Shown piece by piece: positions 30,763 to 39,853 of a stretch of 64,000 bases of DNA (its first letter is position 1; every line of letters starts with the position of its first letter). The translations under genes were made by a program, and so were the position numbers. The notes beneath the pieces are model-generated. The model worked only from the letters and a program-made list of their open reading frames with translations, was not told where the DNA came from and ran no database searches. The stretch lies in assembly GCA_043719295.1 (NCBI GenBank), contig JAYSUD010000005.1, forward strand, positions 98,077 through 162,076. The letters run 5' to 3'. The stretch is from a bacterium. GTDB lineage: Bacteria > Patescibacteriota > Minisyncoccia > Phycocordibacterales > UBA918.

Positions 30763-30875
30763 CTTCGAATCCCTCCGCACGTGACATTTAGTCACGTGCT
30801 CATCTTCCGCGAACAAAATATGCGCCCTTGTGGGGCGCTATTTTGAATCGCGGAAGATGAGGGATTCGAACCCTC
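30763..30875. repeat. extended inverted repeat: inverted copy of the 3'-terminal ~25 nt of tRNA-Ser(ACU) (30763-30775 + 30799-30811) facing the tRNA 3' end (30849-30875), with two nested hairpins
   Basis: reverse-complement comparison of the flanks. Confidence 0.7.
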
Positions 30876-30937
30876 GAAGGATTTAACTCCTTGGCAGTTT
30901 AGTAAACTGCTGCTTTCAGCCACTCAGCCAATCTTCC
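30851..30937 (-). tRNA. type II (Ser-like) tRNA with anticodon ACU (loop TTACTAA)
   Basis: 87 nt; acceptor GGAAGAT/ATCTTCC, 3-bp D-stem GCT/AGC, long variable arm (AAGGA-GTTAAA-TCCTT), T-arm GAGGG-TTCGAAT-CCCTC, discriminator G; anticodon stem GCAGT/ACTGC. Confidence 0.65.
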
Positions 30938-31151
30938 AATATATTCGCTTCGCTCAAATTGTAACCCTACGGGAGGATTAACTTCGTGTCTGCCACGCAG
31001 ATGAATCTGCGGTAAAATATGAAGAAGTTCATATTGAACCCACGGAGCCAATCTTCCACAGGCGGGGGTATTATAGACTGAAATTGGTTTGTTTCAAAAT
31101 ACATAGTTCGGTGCGATAATGGTGTCCTGAATTCCTTATCTCTACTTATAT

Positions 31152-32642
31152 ATGTACAGCACCTTAAAACAATACTTTGGATACGATACGTTTCGACCGT
31201 TACAGAAAGAAGTTATAGACAAGGTAATGGAAAAAGAAGATTGTTTGGTACTTATGCCAACAGGTGGTGGGAAATCACTTTGTTTTCAATTGCCTGCATT
31301 ACTCCAAGAAGGGATAACTATTGTTGTGTCGCCACTTATTTCTCTCATGAAAGATCAGGTAGATGCACTTTTGGGGTATGGGATTAGTGCGGCACTTTTA
31401 AACAGTTCGCTAACGGGAGAACAGATGCATGAGGTTATAGAAAAGGCAAAAAACGGAAGTATCAAAATCCTCTATGTTACCCCTGAGCGTTTAGCACTTG
31501 TCCAATTTGAAGCTATTTTGCACACTTTAGATATTAGTTTGTTTGCCATTGATGAAGCACACTGCATCTCAGAGTGGGGTCATGACTTTAGACCAGACTA
31601 TCGAAACCTAAAGTCACTTAGACAAAAGTTCCCAAGCGTCCCCATCATTGCACTTACCGCTACCGCAACTCCAAAGGTGCGCGATGATATTGTGCGACAA
31701 CTTGCACTTCCTTCTCCCCACATCTTTACCTCAAGTTTTAATCGACAGAATCTTTCGTATGAAGTGCTCCCAAAAAAAGATTCTTTTGGTACTATCCTTT
31801 CTCTTATATCCCTCTACAAAGACGAAAGCATCATCATTTATTGTTTCTCTCGTAAGGACACGGAGACTATTACGGACAAACTTCAAGCTCAAGGATATAA
31901 CGCGGGTGCATATCACGCAGGACTGTCCTCAGACAAACGCCGCGATAACCAAGAAAAATTTATTCATGACGATATTCAAATCATGGTAGCAACCATTGCT
32001 TTTGGTATGGGGATTGATAAACCCGATGTGCGGCTTGTTATTCACCATAGCTTACCTAAGTCTATAGAAGGCTATTACCAAGAAACGGGTCGTGCGGGGC
32101 GTGACGGACTTCCTTCGCGGTGTGTATTGTTATTTTCAACCGCTGACAAATTTAAACAAGACTACTTTATAAACCAACTACGCGAGAGCGAAGAAAAAGA
32201 GCAAGCGCAACAAAACCTCGACCAATCAGTGACCTATGGGACACTAAGCGGGTGTAGGCGTAAATTTTTGCTTCAATATTTTAATGAACGGTATGAGGAA
32301 CATAACTGCGGCAATTGCGACCGTTGTGTTACTCCTACTCCTTTAACAGTACATAAACTCAAATCGAAAAAAAGTGTTGCGCAAGCTGCATCAGTATTCA
32401 CTGACAATGCACACTACGACACCTCACTGTTTGAGGTCTTGCGACAAGTACGTACGAGCGAAGCCTCACGTCGCGGAGTTCCCCCCTATATTGTGTTTGG
32501 CGATAAAACACTCCATGAAATGGCATTGCATAGACCACAAAGTGATGAGGACTTTTTAAACATTAACGGTGTAGGTGAAAAAAAGTTAACCCAGTTTGGA
32601 GAGATTTTCATGAGTGCTATCAGGCAACATACTGCTCCATAG
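31152..32642 (+). CDS. recQ: ATP-dependent DNA helicase RecQ
   Basis: Walker A PTGGGKS; DEAH box (AIDEAHCISEWGHDFRPDY); RQC Cys cluster. Confidence 0.85.
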   Translation: MYSTLKQYFGYDTFRPLQKEVIDKVMEKEDCLVLMPTGGGKSLCFQLPALLQEGITIVVSPLISLMKDQVDALLGYGISAALLNSSLTGEQMHEVIEKAKNGSIKILYVTPERLALVQFEAILHTLDISLFAIDEAHCISEWGHDFRPDYRNLKSLRQKFPSVPIIALTATATPKVRDDIVRQLALPSPHIFTSSFNRQNLSYEVLPKKDSFGTILSLISLYKDESIIIYCFSRKDTETITDKLQAQGYNAGAYHAGLSSDKRRDNQEKFIHDDIQIMVATIAFGMGIDKPDVRLVIHHSLPKSIEGYYQETGRAGRDGLPSRCVLLFSTADKFKQDYFINQLRESEEKEQAQQNLDQSVTYGTLSGCRRKFLLQYFNERYEEHNCGNCDRCVTPTPLTVHKLKSKKSVAQAASVFTDNAHYDTSLFEVLRQVRTSEASRRGVPPYIVFGDKTLHEMALHRPQSDEDFLNINGVGEKKLTQFGEIFMSAIRQHTAP

Positions 32643-32737
32643 AAAAATCGCCCAAAGATACACAGAGGGCGACTAGGTATGTTGCCCCATCTATGCGATG
32701 GGACAACAGTGATTGTTGAGACTATTCTTTGCAGTCT

Positions 32738-33988
32738 TTACGGCAAGGGAGCATGGGGATGCCATCCCAAAAGGAACAGTGTCGAGAACCCGGCCACATA
32801 CGCTACAGGAATCGGCCAAGATTCGCGGAGAAACAACTTAGTATTCCGCATATCTGGGTTGTCTTTGGCAACTGCAACCCCAGCAGAAGATCCAAACCAC
32901 ATCATCGAACCACCAAACCCCACAGCATATGCAAGCCATCCCCAATCGTATCCGCCTTGATCAAGCGCGAGCTTGGTAAGCGGAATATTGTCGAAGATTG
33001 CTGATACAAATCCGAGCACGAGGACTGTGAATTCTGAAGCTTTTGGTAATTCCTCAACAGGCATCAAGCTTGCAGAAAGTACCAACGCAAGCAAGAAACT
33101 TGCGTTAAGGGTAGCGTGTGGAACTTTTTTCCATGATGGCGCGCGGAGAAGTGCTGTTACGATGATAACCGTCCACAAGCCTAAAGCAGGCAGACCCCAC
33201 TGTATGTTCCCCACAACAACGCCAACGAGCATTGCAATCACAATCAATATTCTTGTGTAGTCAGCAGAAACATCCTCAGATACAACATTTCGCATTCTCA
33301 CAATCGGCTGATACCGATGTTGAGCAATTGATAGCGGAATGCCAAACATGCAAAGTGCAGTAATAGCTGGCAAAAATGCGTGAGTGACATCTTTCCAGTT
33401 GACCCCTGCAATCCACATCATAGTTGTAGTTGTGTCACCAACAACGCTACCTGCCCCACCAGCATTACTCGCTGCAACAATAGCAGCGAGGTATCCAACA
33501 CGAATCTTTGCATTAAACACCACTATTGCTAGTGAGGCTCCAATCATTGCCGCAGCAATATTATCAAGAAAGACTGATAGCGTGAAAATAAGGCACAAAA
33601 GCACGAACGGCCCTTTCCAACCATCGGGCAAATACGCAGAAACCTTCAGAGATAGACGAGACTTTTCAAAATGATCAGCCATCAACTCAAAGCCAACAAG
33701 TAGCCCGAGCAGATTTACAAGAAGTAATGCTTCATGCTCAAGGTGCAAAATAAGCGACATGTTGGTAAACGCTGCTTTGTAACAGATAATCACCAGAAGT
33801 CCACAAAATGCTACTTTGAGATGGTGCGAACTGTATCGCAAAAGTGCTACCAGCATGAGGCCGAAGAGCAGAAATTCAATGAAGAGTGGCACGTGAGGCC
33901 TCCTTTGGTTATGGGGATGACGAAGTACAAAAAGAGCAACTTTCTTCGGAAAGCTCTTTTCCGCAAAGGTTGAAACCTTAACACTCAA
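32738..33988 (-). CDS. ArsB/NhaD-family ion transporter (permease)
   Basis: ~12 TM helices, 416 aa; family call from general resemblance. Confidence 0.5.
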   Translation of the reverse strand: MSVKVSTFAEKSFPKKVALFVLRHPHNQRRPHVPLFIEFLLFGLMLVALLRYSSHHLKVAFCGLLVIICYKAAFTNMSLILHLEHEALLLVNLLGLLVGFELMADHFEKSRLSLKVSAYLPDGWKGPFVLLCLIFTLSVFLDNIAAAMIGASLAIVVFNAKIRVGYLAAIVAASNAGGAGSVVGDTTTTMMWIAGVNWKDVTHAFLPAITALCMFGIPLSIAQHRYQPIVRMRNVVSEDVSADYTRILIVIAMLVGVVVGNIQWGLPALGLWTVIIVTALLRAPSWKKVPHATLNASFLLALVLSASLMPVEELPKASEFTVLVLGFVSAIFDNIPLTKLALDQGGYDWGWLAYAVGFGGSMMWFGSSAGVAVAKDNPDMRNTKLFLRESWPIPVAYVAGFSTLFLLGWHPHAPLP

Positions 33989-34069
33989 AACTAACTTTGT
34001 ACAGGAAGACGTACCCGAGTGGTGTTGCTATGATTTTAAGGAAGATTACAAATCTATATCACTTAGCAT

Positions 34070-34504
34070 ATGTCAAAAGTAAGTATTTATCTAAATTTCA
34101 ATCGTACGACCGAAGAAGCATTTTTGTTTTATCAATCAGTCTTCAAAACTGAATTCCAAGGTGGAATTAGTCGTATGGGTGAAGTGCCTCCAAGTGACGA
34201 CATTCCTAAGCTTGCTGATGAAGACAAAAACCTCGTCATGCACGTGGCCCTCCCCCTTTTAGGAGACTTTGTACTCATGGGAACAGACTCACCTGAATCC
34301 ATGGGTTTTACCGTTATCAAAGGTAACAACGTGTATATCAACCTTCAACCTGACACTAGAAGTGAAACACAAAGACTCTTTATGGAACTAAGCCAAGGTG
34401 GCACTATTGAAATGGAACTTCAAGAAATGTTTTGGGGAGATTATTTCGGCTCTCTTACCGATAGATTTGGAGTTAAGTGGATGTTTAATTGTGAAGAAAA
34501 ATAA
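34070..34504 (+). CDS. VOC-family (PhnB/glyoxalase-like) protein
   Basis: PhnB-like 3-demethylubiquinone-9 methyltransferase-type domain pattern. Confidence 0.55.
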   Translation: MSKVSIYLNFNRTTEEAFLFYQSVFKTEFQGGISRMGEVPPSDDIPKLADEDKNLVMHVALPLLGDFVLMGTDSPESMGFTVIKGNNVYINLQPDTRSETQRLFMELSQGGTIEMELQEMFWGDYFGSLTDRFGVKWMFNCEEK

Positions 34505-34507
34505 TAT

Positions 34508-34909
34508 ATGAAAATAATCAATATACTTTTTAAAATTGTTTTCGGTCTTATCGTTGCATTACCAATTCCAGGTGCGCTCGGCATCTTTCCTCCTCCAACA
34601 AGAGATCTCTACAACACGCAAGAGGCGTTCGATTTTATTCTTGCTCTCATGAACGTTGGGTACATTACGTCAATCATGGCCGTTGTATGTAGTATCATTT
34701 TGTTTTTGATGCTAACAAAACGTATGGCTTTTGCATCACTTTTAATTCTCCCCATTACTGTAAACGTTGTTGCATTCCATGCGGTTATTGACGGTGGATT
34801 GTTTACAAGTGGTGCGGTACTCGGAAATATTATGCTTGCACTAAACATCTACTTCCTCTGGCAAAGTCGTGAGGTATACAAGACGCTGTTAGAGAAGCGC
34901 CCAGTGTAG
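34508..34909 (+). CDS. hypothetical membrane protein (4 TM)
   Basis: ORF with hydrophobic helices. Confidence 0.35.
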   Translation: MKIINILFKIVFGLIVALPIPGALGIFPPPTRDLYNTQEAFDFILALMNVGYITSIMAVVCSIILFLMLTKRMAFASLLILPITVNVVAFHAVIDGGLFTSGAVLGNIMLALNIYFLWQSREVYKTLLEKRPV

Positions 34910-35046
34910 GTTACATGTCGAAGCTGGATACTATGAAAATGCATCAAACCCAAGGCATTGCCTTGGGTTTGATGGTTGCGGAGGGAATTTCGGTCATTAC
35001 ATGACCAGTATCTGTTGTCGCTCTTTTTCCAAAAGAGCTGGCAACA

Positions 35047-35142
35047 GCTTCGAATCCCTCCTTTTCTCGCAAATGCAACAAAACCCAAACAAAGCTTTGG
35101 CTTTGTTTGGGTTTTGGCATTTGCGGAAAAGGAGGGATTCGA
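35047..35142. repeat. ~45-bp near-perfect hairpin whose outer arms are the tRNA-Ser(GCU) 3' end (35125-35142) and its inverted copy (35047-35064)
   Basis: reverse-complement comparison; inner arms cgcaaatgcaacaaaacccaaacaaagc / gctttgtttgggttttggcatttgcg. Confidence 0.7.
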
Positions 35143-35209
35143 ACCCTCGAGGGTTATTCACCCTACTTTCTTAGCAAGAAAGCACAATCGGCCTCTCTGA
35201 CACTTTTCC
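35124..35209 (-). tRNA. tRNA-Ser(GCU), type II
   Basis: 86 nt; acceptor GGAAAAG/CTTTTCC, anticodon stem CTTTC/GAAAG loop TTGCTAA, variable arm AGGGT-GAATA-ACCCT, T-arm GAGGG-TTCGAAT-CCCTC; D-arm irregular in hand fold. Confidence 0.6.
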
Positions 35210-35226
35210 TTATTCGACATAATACG

Positions 35227-36216
35227 TTATTTCAAGTACCTTTTCAAATGCTTTGGATTATGAGTTCCAATTTCTTTCATGTACCGAGCAACATCGTGGA
35301 TTGCATCAATACGAACATTGGTTCCACTACATGTGGCAGTACTCCCGAATCGATGCAGAATAAATAACACCTCGTTTCGAAGCGGTTTTGAAGCGGAAGA
35401 AAAACATAATTTCTTATATTGATACTCCTTACCTCCTACTTTATATTTATGGAGATACACTGAACCATCTGTATCCATTAATCCTCGTAGACATGCCGAG
35501 GAATATTCTTCATTTTCTAAAATCCATGCAGGGATATGTACCTGCTGTTTCACTTTGTTACCTATAACGAGTCCTAGGGATACAAGAAAGATGACTGCCT
35601 TTTTCCGTGCCAAAACAATACTATGTGCATGTGCATCTTTACGAACATACACACTTGGCATCACCCCAAATAATTTTTGCATCAATGATTTAACAAACAA
35701 CCCATATTCAAAATCATCAACAGAATGTAAAGTGACCGACACCTGATACTGTGTCAGTCCTCCATCGCCAAGCATGATGCCTATAAATTCAGCAAGTTTA
35801 TTATTTCTCACTGGTATACAAATATTTTTTGTAAAAAAATCTGCTATTTCAGTTTTTCCGCCATTATCAAACCATCTACGCCAACTCTCTTTGCGCACTG
35901 TTTCATTCACAGGAACTCTGCCATACTTTTTCATTACTGCGGAAGAACCTGCTAAACCAGCCCGACTAGTATGCTCATAGCGATTAATTTGACAGACTCT
36001 TGGGACAAGCATATTGGCTTCTTTTGCGAGCAAAACTAGACTCTCATATGGCATCATAGTTTTACCTAACTTCCATCCACGAATTGTACGGTCCGAACAA
36101 TTGCAAATTTTTGCCATACGACCTACTGATACTTTATCGCATGCTTTTGACATCCACAGGGCTTGTTTTTCTATCGAAGCAAACTTTGCTTTTTTATCTA
36201 CTAAAGAATCTATCAT
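35227..36216 (-). CDS. LAGLIDADG homing endonuclease (two-motif) with N-terminal HTH
   Basis: motifs EFIGIMLGDGGL and LRGLMDTDGSV; HTH near the N-terminus; directly upstream of tRNA-Ser(GCU). Confidence 0.8.
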   Translation of the reverse strand: MIDSLVDKKAKFASIEKQALWMSKACDKVSVGRMAKICNCSDRTIRGWKLGKTMMPYESLVLLAKEANMLVPRVCQINRYEHTSRAGLAGSSAVMKKYGRVPVNETVRKESWRRWFDNGGKTEIADFFTKNICIPVRNNKLAEFIGIMLGDGGLTQYQVSVTLHSVDDFEYGLFVKSLMQKLFGVMPSVYVRKDAHAHSIVLARKKAVIFLVSLGLVIGNKVKQQVHIPAWILENEEYSSACLRGLMDTDGSVYLHKYKVGGKEYQYKKLCFSSASKPLRNEVLFILHRFGSTATCSGTNVRIDAIHDVARYMKEIGTHNPKHLKRYLK

Positions 36217-36255
36217 GTTTCCATTATACTACATAGAATGCTATAATATTATTTT

Positions 36256-37563
36256 ATGTCTAACTATCCTCTCTTTTATCGACTTCTTGCAAACCATCTT
36301 GTGGCGAACATTACAAACATGTTTGTTTGGTTTGCACTTACTTTTTGGGTATTTATCGAGACGCAATCAGTATTGGTAACTTCTTGGATAGCGGGGATTT
36401 TTGCAATCTTAAGTCTCTTTGGAGGTTTTATATTTGGTCCAATTGTTGATCATGAACGAAAAAAAACAGCAATGCTACATTCAAGTATTATTTCGCTTAT
36501 CTTTTTTACCCTTGCAAGCATCTTTTACTACACAGTCGGACCCGAGGCGTTTATTGATACTACTTCCTACGAGCTCTGGCTCTTTGTTACATTAGTACTT
36601 ATAGGTACCGTTGCAGGCAACTTACGAACCATTGCCCTTTCAACTACCGTTACCATGCTCTTTACCGAAAACCGTGACAAGGCAAATGGACTTGTTGGAG
36701 CAACACAAGGAATCACCTTTGCGTTCACGTCGGTGTTAAGTGGACTTGCTATTGGTTTTTTAGGCATGGAATTTTCACTCTACGCGTCGGTTGTTGCAAC
36801 AGTACTCGTACTGCTCCATTTACTCTTTTTCATCTCGCTTCCTGAGCCGTCAATTGTCCATCTTGAAGAAAGTGCTAAACCAAAAAAAGTTGACTTGCGA
36901 GGTACGATGCTTGTTGTATTAGCAATCCCTGGGTTGCTCGGACTCATTTTCTTCAATACGGTAAACAACTTTTTAGGTGGAGTTTTTATGGCACTTATGG
37001 ATGCGTACGGACTGTCCTTGGTGTCAGTTCAAACATGGGGCTTCATGTGGGGAGTTATGAGTATTGCGATGATTGGAGGGAGTATCTATGTAACTAAGTA
37101 CGGGGTTGGTACTTCACCTCTACGTCGAATTATGGTTTTAAACATTGTCATGTGGGGATCGTGTATGCTATTCCCTATTCAAGCATCAATTCTATTTTTG
37201 GCGGTTGGCATGTTTATTTGGATGTTGTTATCACCTATGATTGAAGCCGCTGAACAAACAGTCATGCAAGCGATTGTCCCCTTTGAACGACAAGGTCGCG
37301 TATTTGGACTTGCACAAAGTATTGAAAGCATGGCGTCACCAATTACTACTTTTTTCATCGGCCCTATAGCGCAACTTATCTTTATACCGTTTATGACTAC
37401 AGGTGCGGGAGTAGTACTTATTGGAGATTGGTTTGGCACCGGCATAGACAGAGGAATTGCCTTGGTGTTTATCCTCGCTGGATTCTTGGGTGTAATCGCT
37501 ACACTTTTCGCTTGGTATTCAAAGTCATTTAAAAAACTTTCTGAACACTATACGGAACTGTAA
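36256..37563 (+). CDS. MFS transporter
   Basis: 12 TM helices, 435 aa. Confidence 0.75.
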   Translation: MSNYPLFYRLLANHLVANITNMFVWFALTFWVFIETQSVLVTSWIAGIFAILSLFGGFIFGPIVDHERKKTAMLHSSIISLIFFTLASIFYYTVGPEAFIDTTSYELWLFVTLVLIGTVAGNLRTIALSTTVTMLFTENRDKANGLVGATQGITFAFTSVLSGLAIGFLGMEFSLYASVVATVLVLLHLLFFISLPEPSIVHLEESAKPKKVDLRGTMLVVLAIPGLLGLIFFNTVNNFLGGVFMALMDAYGLSLVSVQTWGFMWGVMSIAMIGGSIYVTKYGVGTSPLRRIMVLNIVMWGSCMLFPIQASILFLAVGMFIWMLLSPMIEAAEQTVMQAIVPFERQGRVFGLAQSIESMASPITTFFIGPIAQLIFIPFMTTGAGVVLIGDWFGTGIDRGIALVFILAGFLGVIATLFAWYSKSFKKLSEHYTEL

Positions 37564-37716
37564 ACACGCAAAAGCAGTATGCAATTATGCTCGTAGTGTT
37601 TGCTTAAAAAGTTCAAATACGAGGCGGCCAAAGAAATTTTTACGAGGTGTACGATGTAGTACATTGAGAAAAAATTTCTGTAGGCCAACAAAGTAGTTGG
37701 GATTTTTAAGCAAGTA

Positions 37717-38955
37717 CTACTTAATTACACTCGCAACTGCCTTCATTAACCCCTCCTGCATCACACTCGGAATAATTAACTGCGGAGTGGGTTTTTTAAT
37801 AAGTCCCGAAATCTTCTTTGCGGCAAGGAGTTTCATTTCATCAGTAATTTTTGTTACTCCTCTATCAAGCGCACCTCGAAAGATTCCAGGAAACGCGAGT
37901 GAATTGTTTACCTGATTTGGATAGTCACTTCGGCCTGTTGCTATCACATACGCTCCCGCTGTCTTCGCGTCATCAGGTTTGATTTCAGGTACAGGGTTTG
38001 CAAGTGCAAATACAATTGGTTTCTCTCCCATTTCTTCAATATGGTGTTTGGTAATAGTCCCAGGACCCGATACACCAATAAGTACATCAGCACCTTTAAT
38101 TGCATTTAGCACTTCGCCACTTTTTTTCTCTTTGTTTGTCAATTTTGCAAGTTCTTTTTTGTATGGAATTAATCCCGTACGTCCTTCATAGATAAGTCCC
38201 GTACTATCAGAGATAATCACGTTTTCAATTCCTGCTTTTAGGAGCAAGCGTGCAATAGCGGTTCCTGCAGCACCAGCACCAACAATAACAACCTTCAGTG
38301 ACTCCATCTTTTTCCCAACTACCTTTGACGCATTGATAAGACCTGCCAAAACCACAATTGCGGTTCCGTGCTGATCGTCATGCATCACAGGAATAGAAAG
38401 TTCTTCTTTTAAGCGTCGCTCGATTTCAAAACAACGAGGTGCCGAGATATCTTCAAGGTTAATACCTCCAAAGCCTGGTGCAATGGCTTTGATAGTTTTA
38501 ATGATTTCTTCTGTATCTTGTGTAGCAAGTACAATTGGAAATGCATCAACATTTCCCATCTCTTTAAAAATCGAACACTTACCTTCCATAACAGGCAACG
38601 CTGCAATCGGACCAATGTTTCCAAGACCCAAAACCGCTGACCCGTCACTGATAACCGCGACAGTATTCCGGACAATAGTGTACTCTCGGGCATCTTGAGG
38701 ATTTTTTGCTAAATGTACTGACACCGCACCAACTCCTGGGGTGTACATCGTACTCCATTGTTCACGGTTAGTTAGTTTTCCTTTACTTACAATCTCAATT
38801 TTCCCTTTAAGTTTTTTATGAAGCGCCAACGCAAGTGCGTTATAGTCTTTCTTTTTTTGTACCGGAGTAACTTTTTTAGCTATAGCTGTTTTCTTTGATA
38901 CAGCAACACTTTTTTTAGTGGCAACTTTTTTTAACTTTTGTAGAGGCTTTGGCAT
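37717..38955 (-). CDS. NAD(P)-dependent malic enzyme
   Basis: malic-enzyme NAD-binding VIVGAGAAG plus catalytic region; Lys-rich N-terminal extension. Confidence 0.85.
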   Translation of the reverse strand: MPKPLQKLKKVATKKSVAVSKKTAIAKKVTPVQKKKDYNALALALHKKLKGKIEIVSKGKLTNREQWSTMYTPGVGAVSVHLAKNPQDAREYTIVRNTVAVISDGSAVLGLGNIGPIAALPVMEGKCSIFKEMGNVDAFPIVLATQDTEEIIKTIKAIAPGFGGINLEDISAPRCFEIERRLKEELSIPVMHDDQHGTAIVVLAGLINASKVVGKKMESLKVVIVGAGAAGTAIARLLLKAGIENVIISDSTGLIYEGRTGLIPYKKELAKLTNKEKKSGEVLNAIKGADVLIGVSGPGTITKHHIEEMGEKPIVFALANPVPEIKPDDAKTAGAYVIATGRSDYPNQVNNSLAFPGIFRGALDRGVTKITDEMKLLAAKKISGLIKKPTPQLIIPSVMQEGLMKAVASVIK

Positions 38956-39204
38956 GGAAATTAAAGAACAAATTTAAAATAAAATAATACCGACAGTATA
39001 CTCCAAAGGAAATTAGTACGCGACAATGTATAAAAATACACCATACATGAAAACAACCTTTGATCGCTTTCATCCTTAAATAAAGGTAAGCAACAAAGGT
39101 TGGTGTTCTAAGCGTAAGCTTGCGATAGGGACGGCCGTGAAGGCCGCCCCTCGTCATAATTTGGAAAGATCATGTCGGATCGCGTATATGCAGATTCGGC
39201 ATGT

Positions 39205-39562
39205 TCAGGTCGCCAGGATTTCGGCAGCGCGTGTTGCAAGCTTGGCGGATGTTGCCAGCGGGACGGTCGTATCATCAATCGACATTTTGCCCTTCAGATC
39301 GGTATCAACAGCAGTTGCACCGCGATTCATGCCTTCAGGATGCATTGCGATTTTCCGCATCGGGTCGGTCGTCAGGCCACCAAGGGTCGCACCGGTGTCG
39401 GTGGGTGCATATGTTGCCGATTTTGCGAAAATGCAGCCGGGCAGATCAGGTGCCGAATGTGCGCGCTTGTCTACAACGGAACCACGCAGCGCATCTGGCG
39501 GGCTGGCGACGATCATAGCACCGACTGCACACAGCGCAGTCGAGCAAGAGAAGTTTCTTCAT
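39205..39562 (-). pseudogene. small secreted protein gene with a +1 frameshift after codon 7
   Basis: AGGAGA RBS + ATG (39562) encodes MKKLLLL, then reading shifts to the frame encoding TALCAVGAMIVASPPDA...; the fused product has a textbook signal peptide; GC-rich. Confidence 0.45.
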
Positions 39563-39812
39563 CTCAAGTCTCCTCGTTAGCCGAAATCGTCATTGACGAA
39601 ATCCGGCTGGTTTCAGTTATAGCCCTCCCTATCGGGACGACTGTTTCCAGTTATACCCCCAACTCCCCAAATTCACAAGCCCCCTTGTGTATATTCAAAA
39701 AGCTCCAATCAAAATTGATGGAGCTAGTGTCACTTGTACTCTACAATGGGTACCTTTTTATTTCTTTAGTTTAAATGAACAAACTTAAAACTACAAAGAA
39801 CAAAACTCACTT

Positions 39813-39847
39813 GTCGGCGGGACTGTCGCCCCGCCGTGCAGTTTTTT
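39813..39847. terminator. GC-rich hairpin (CGGCGGG-actgtcg-CCCGCCG) followed by T7
   Basis: seen on plus strand between two minus-strand island genes. Confidence 0.4.
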
Positions 39848-39853
39848 TCAACC

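Noticed and set aside
30761-30790. GGCTTCGAATCCCTCC as an additional tRNA gene or fragment on the plus strand
   Set aside because: It is only the inverted partial copy of the adjacent tRNA-Ser T-arm/acceptor. No D or anticodon arm is present.
39137-39774. Plus-strand ORFs (147, 200, 105 aa) in the GC-rich segment
   Set aside because: They are Cys/Arg-rich and of low complexity. They overlap a minus-strand gene that has an RBS and a signal peptide. They are typical spurious ORFs created by high GC.
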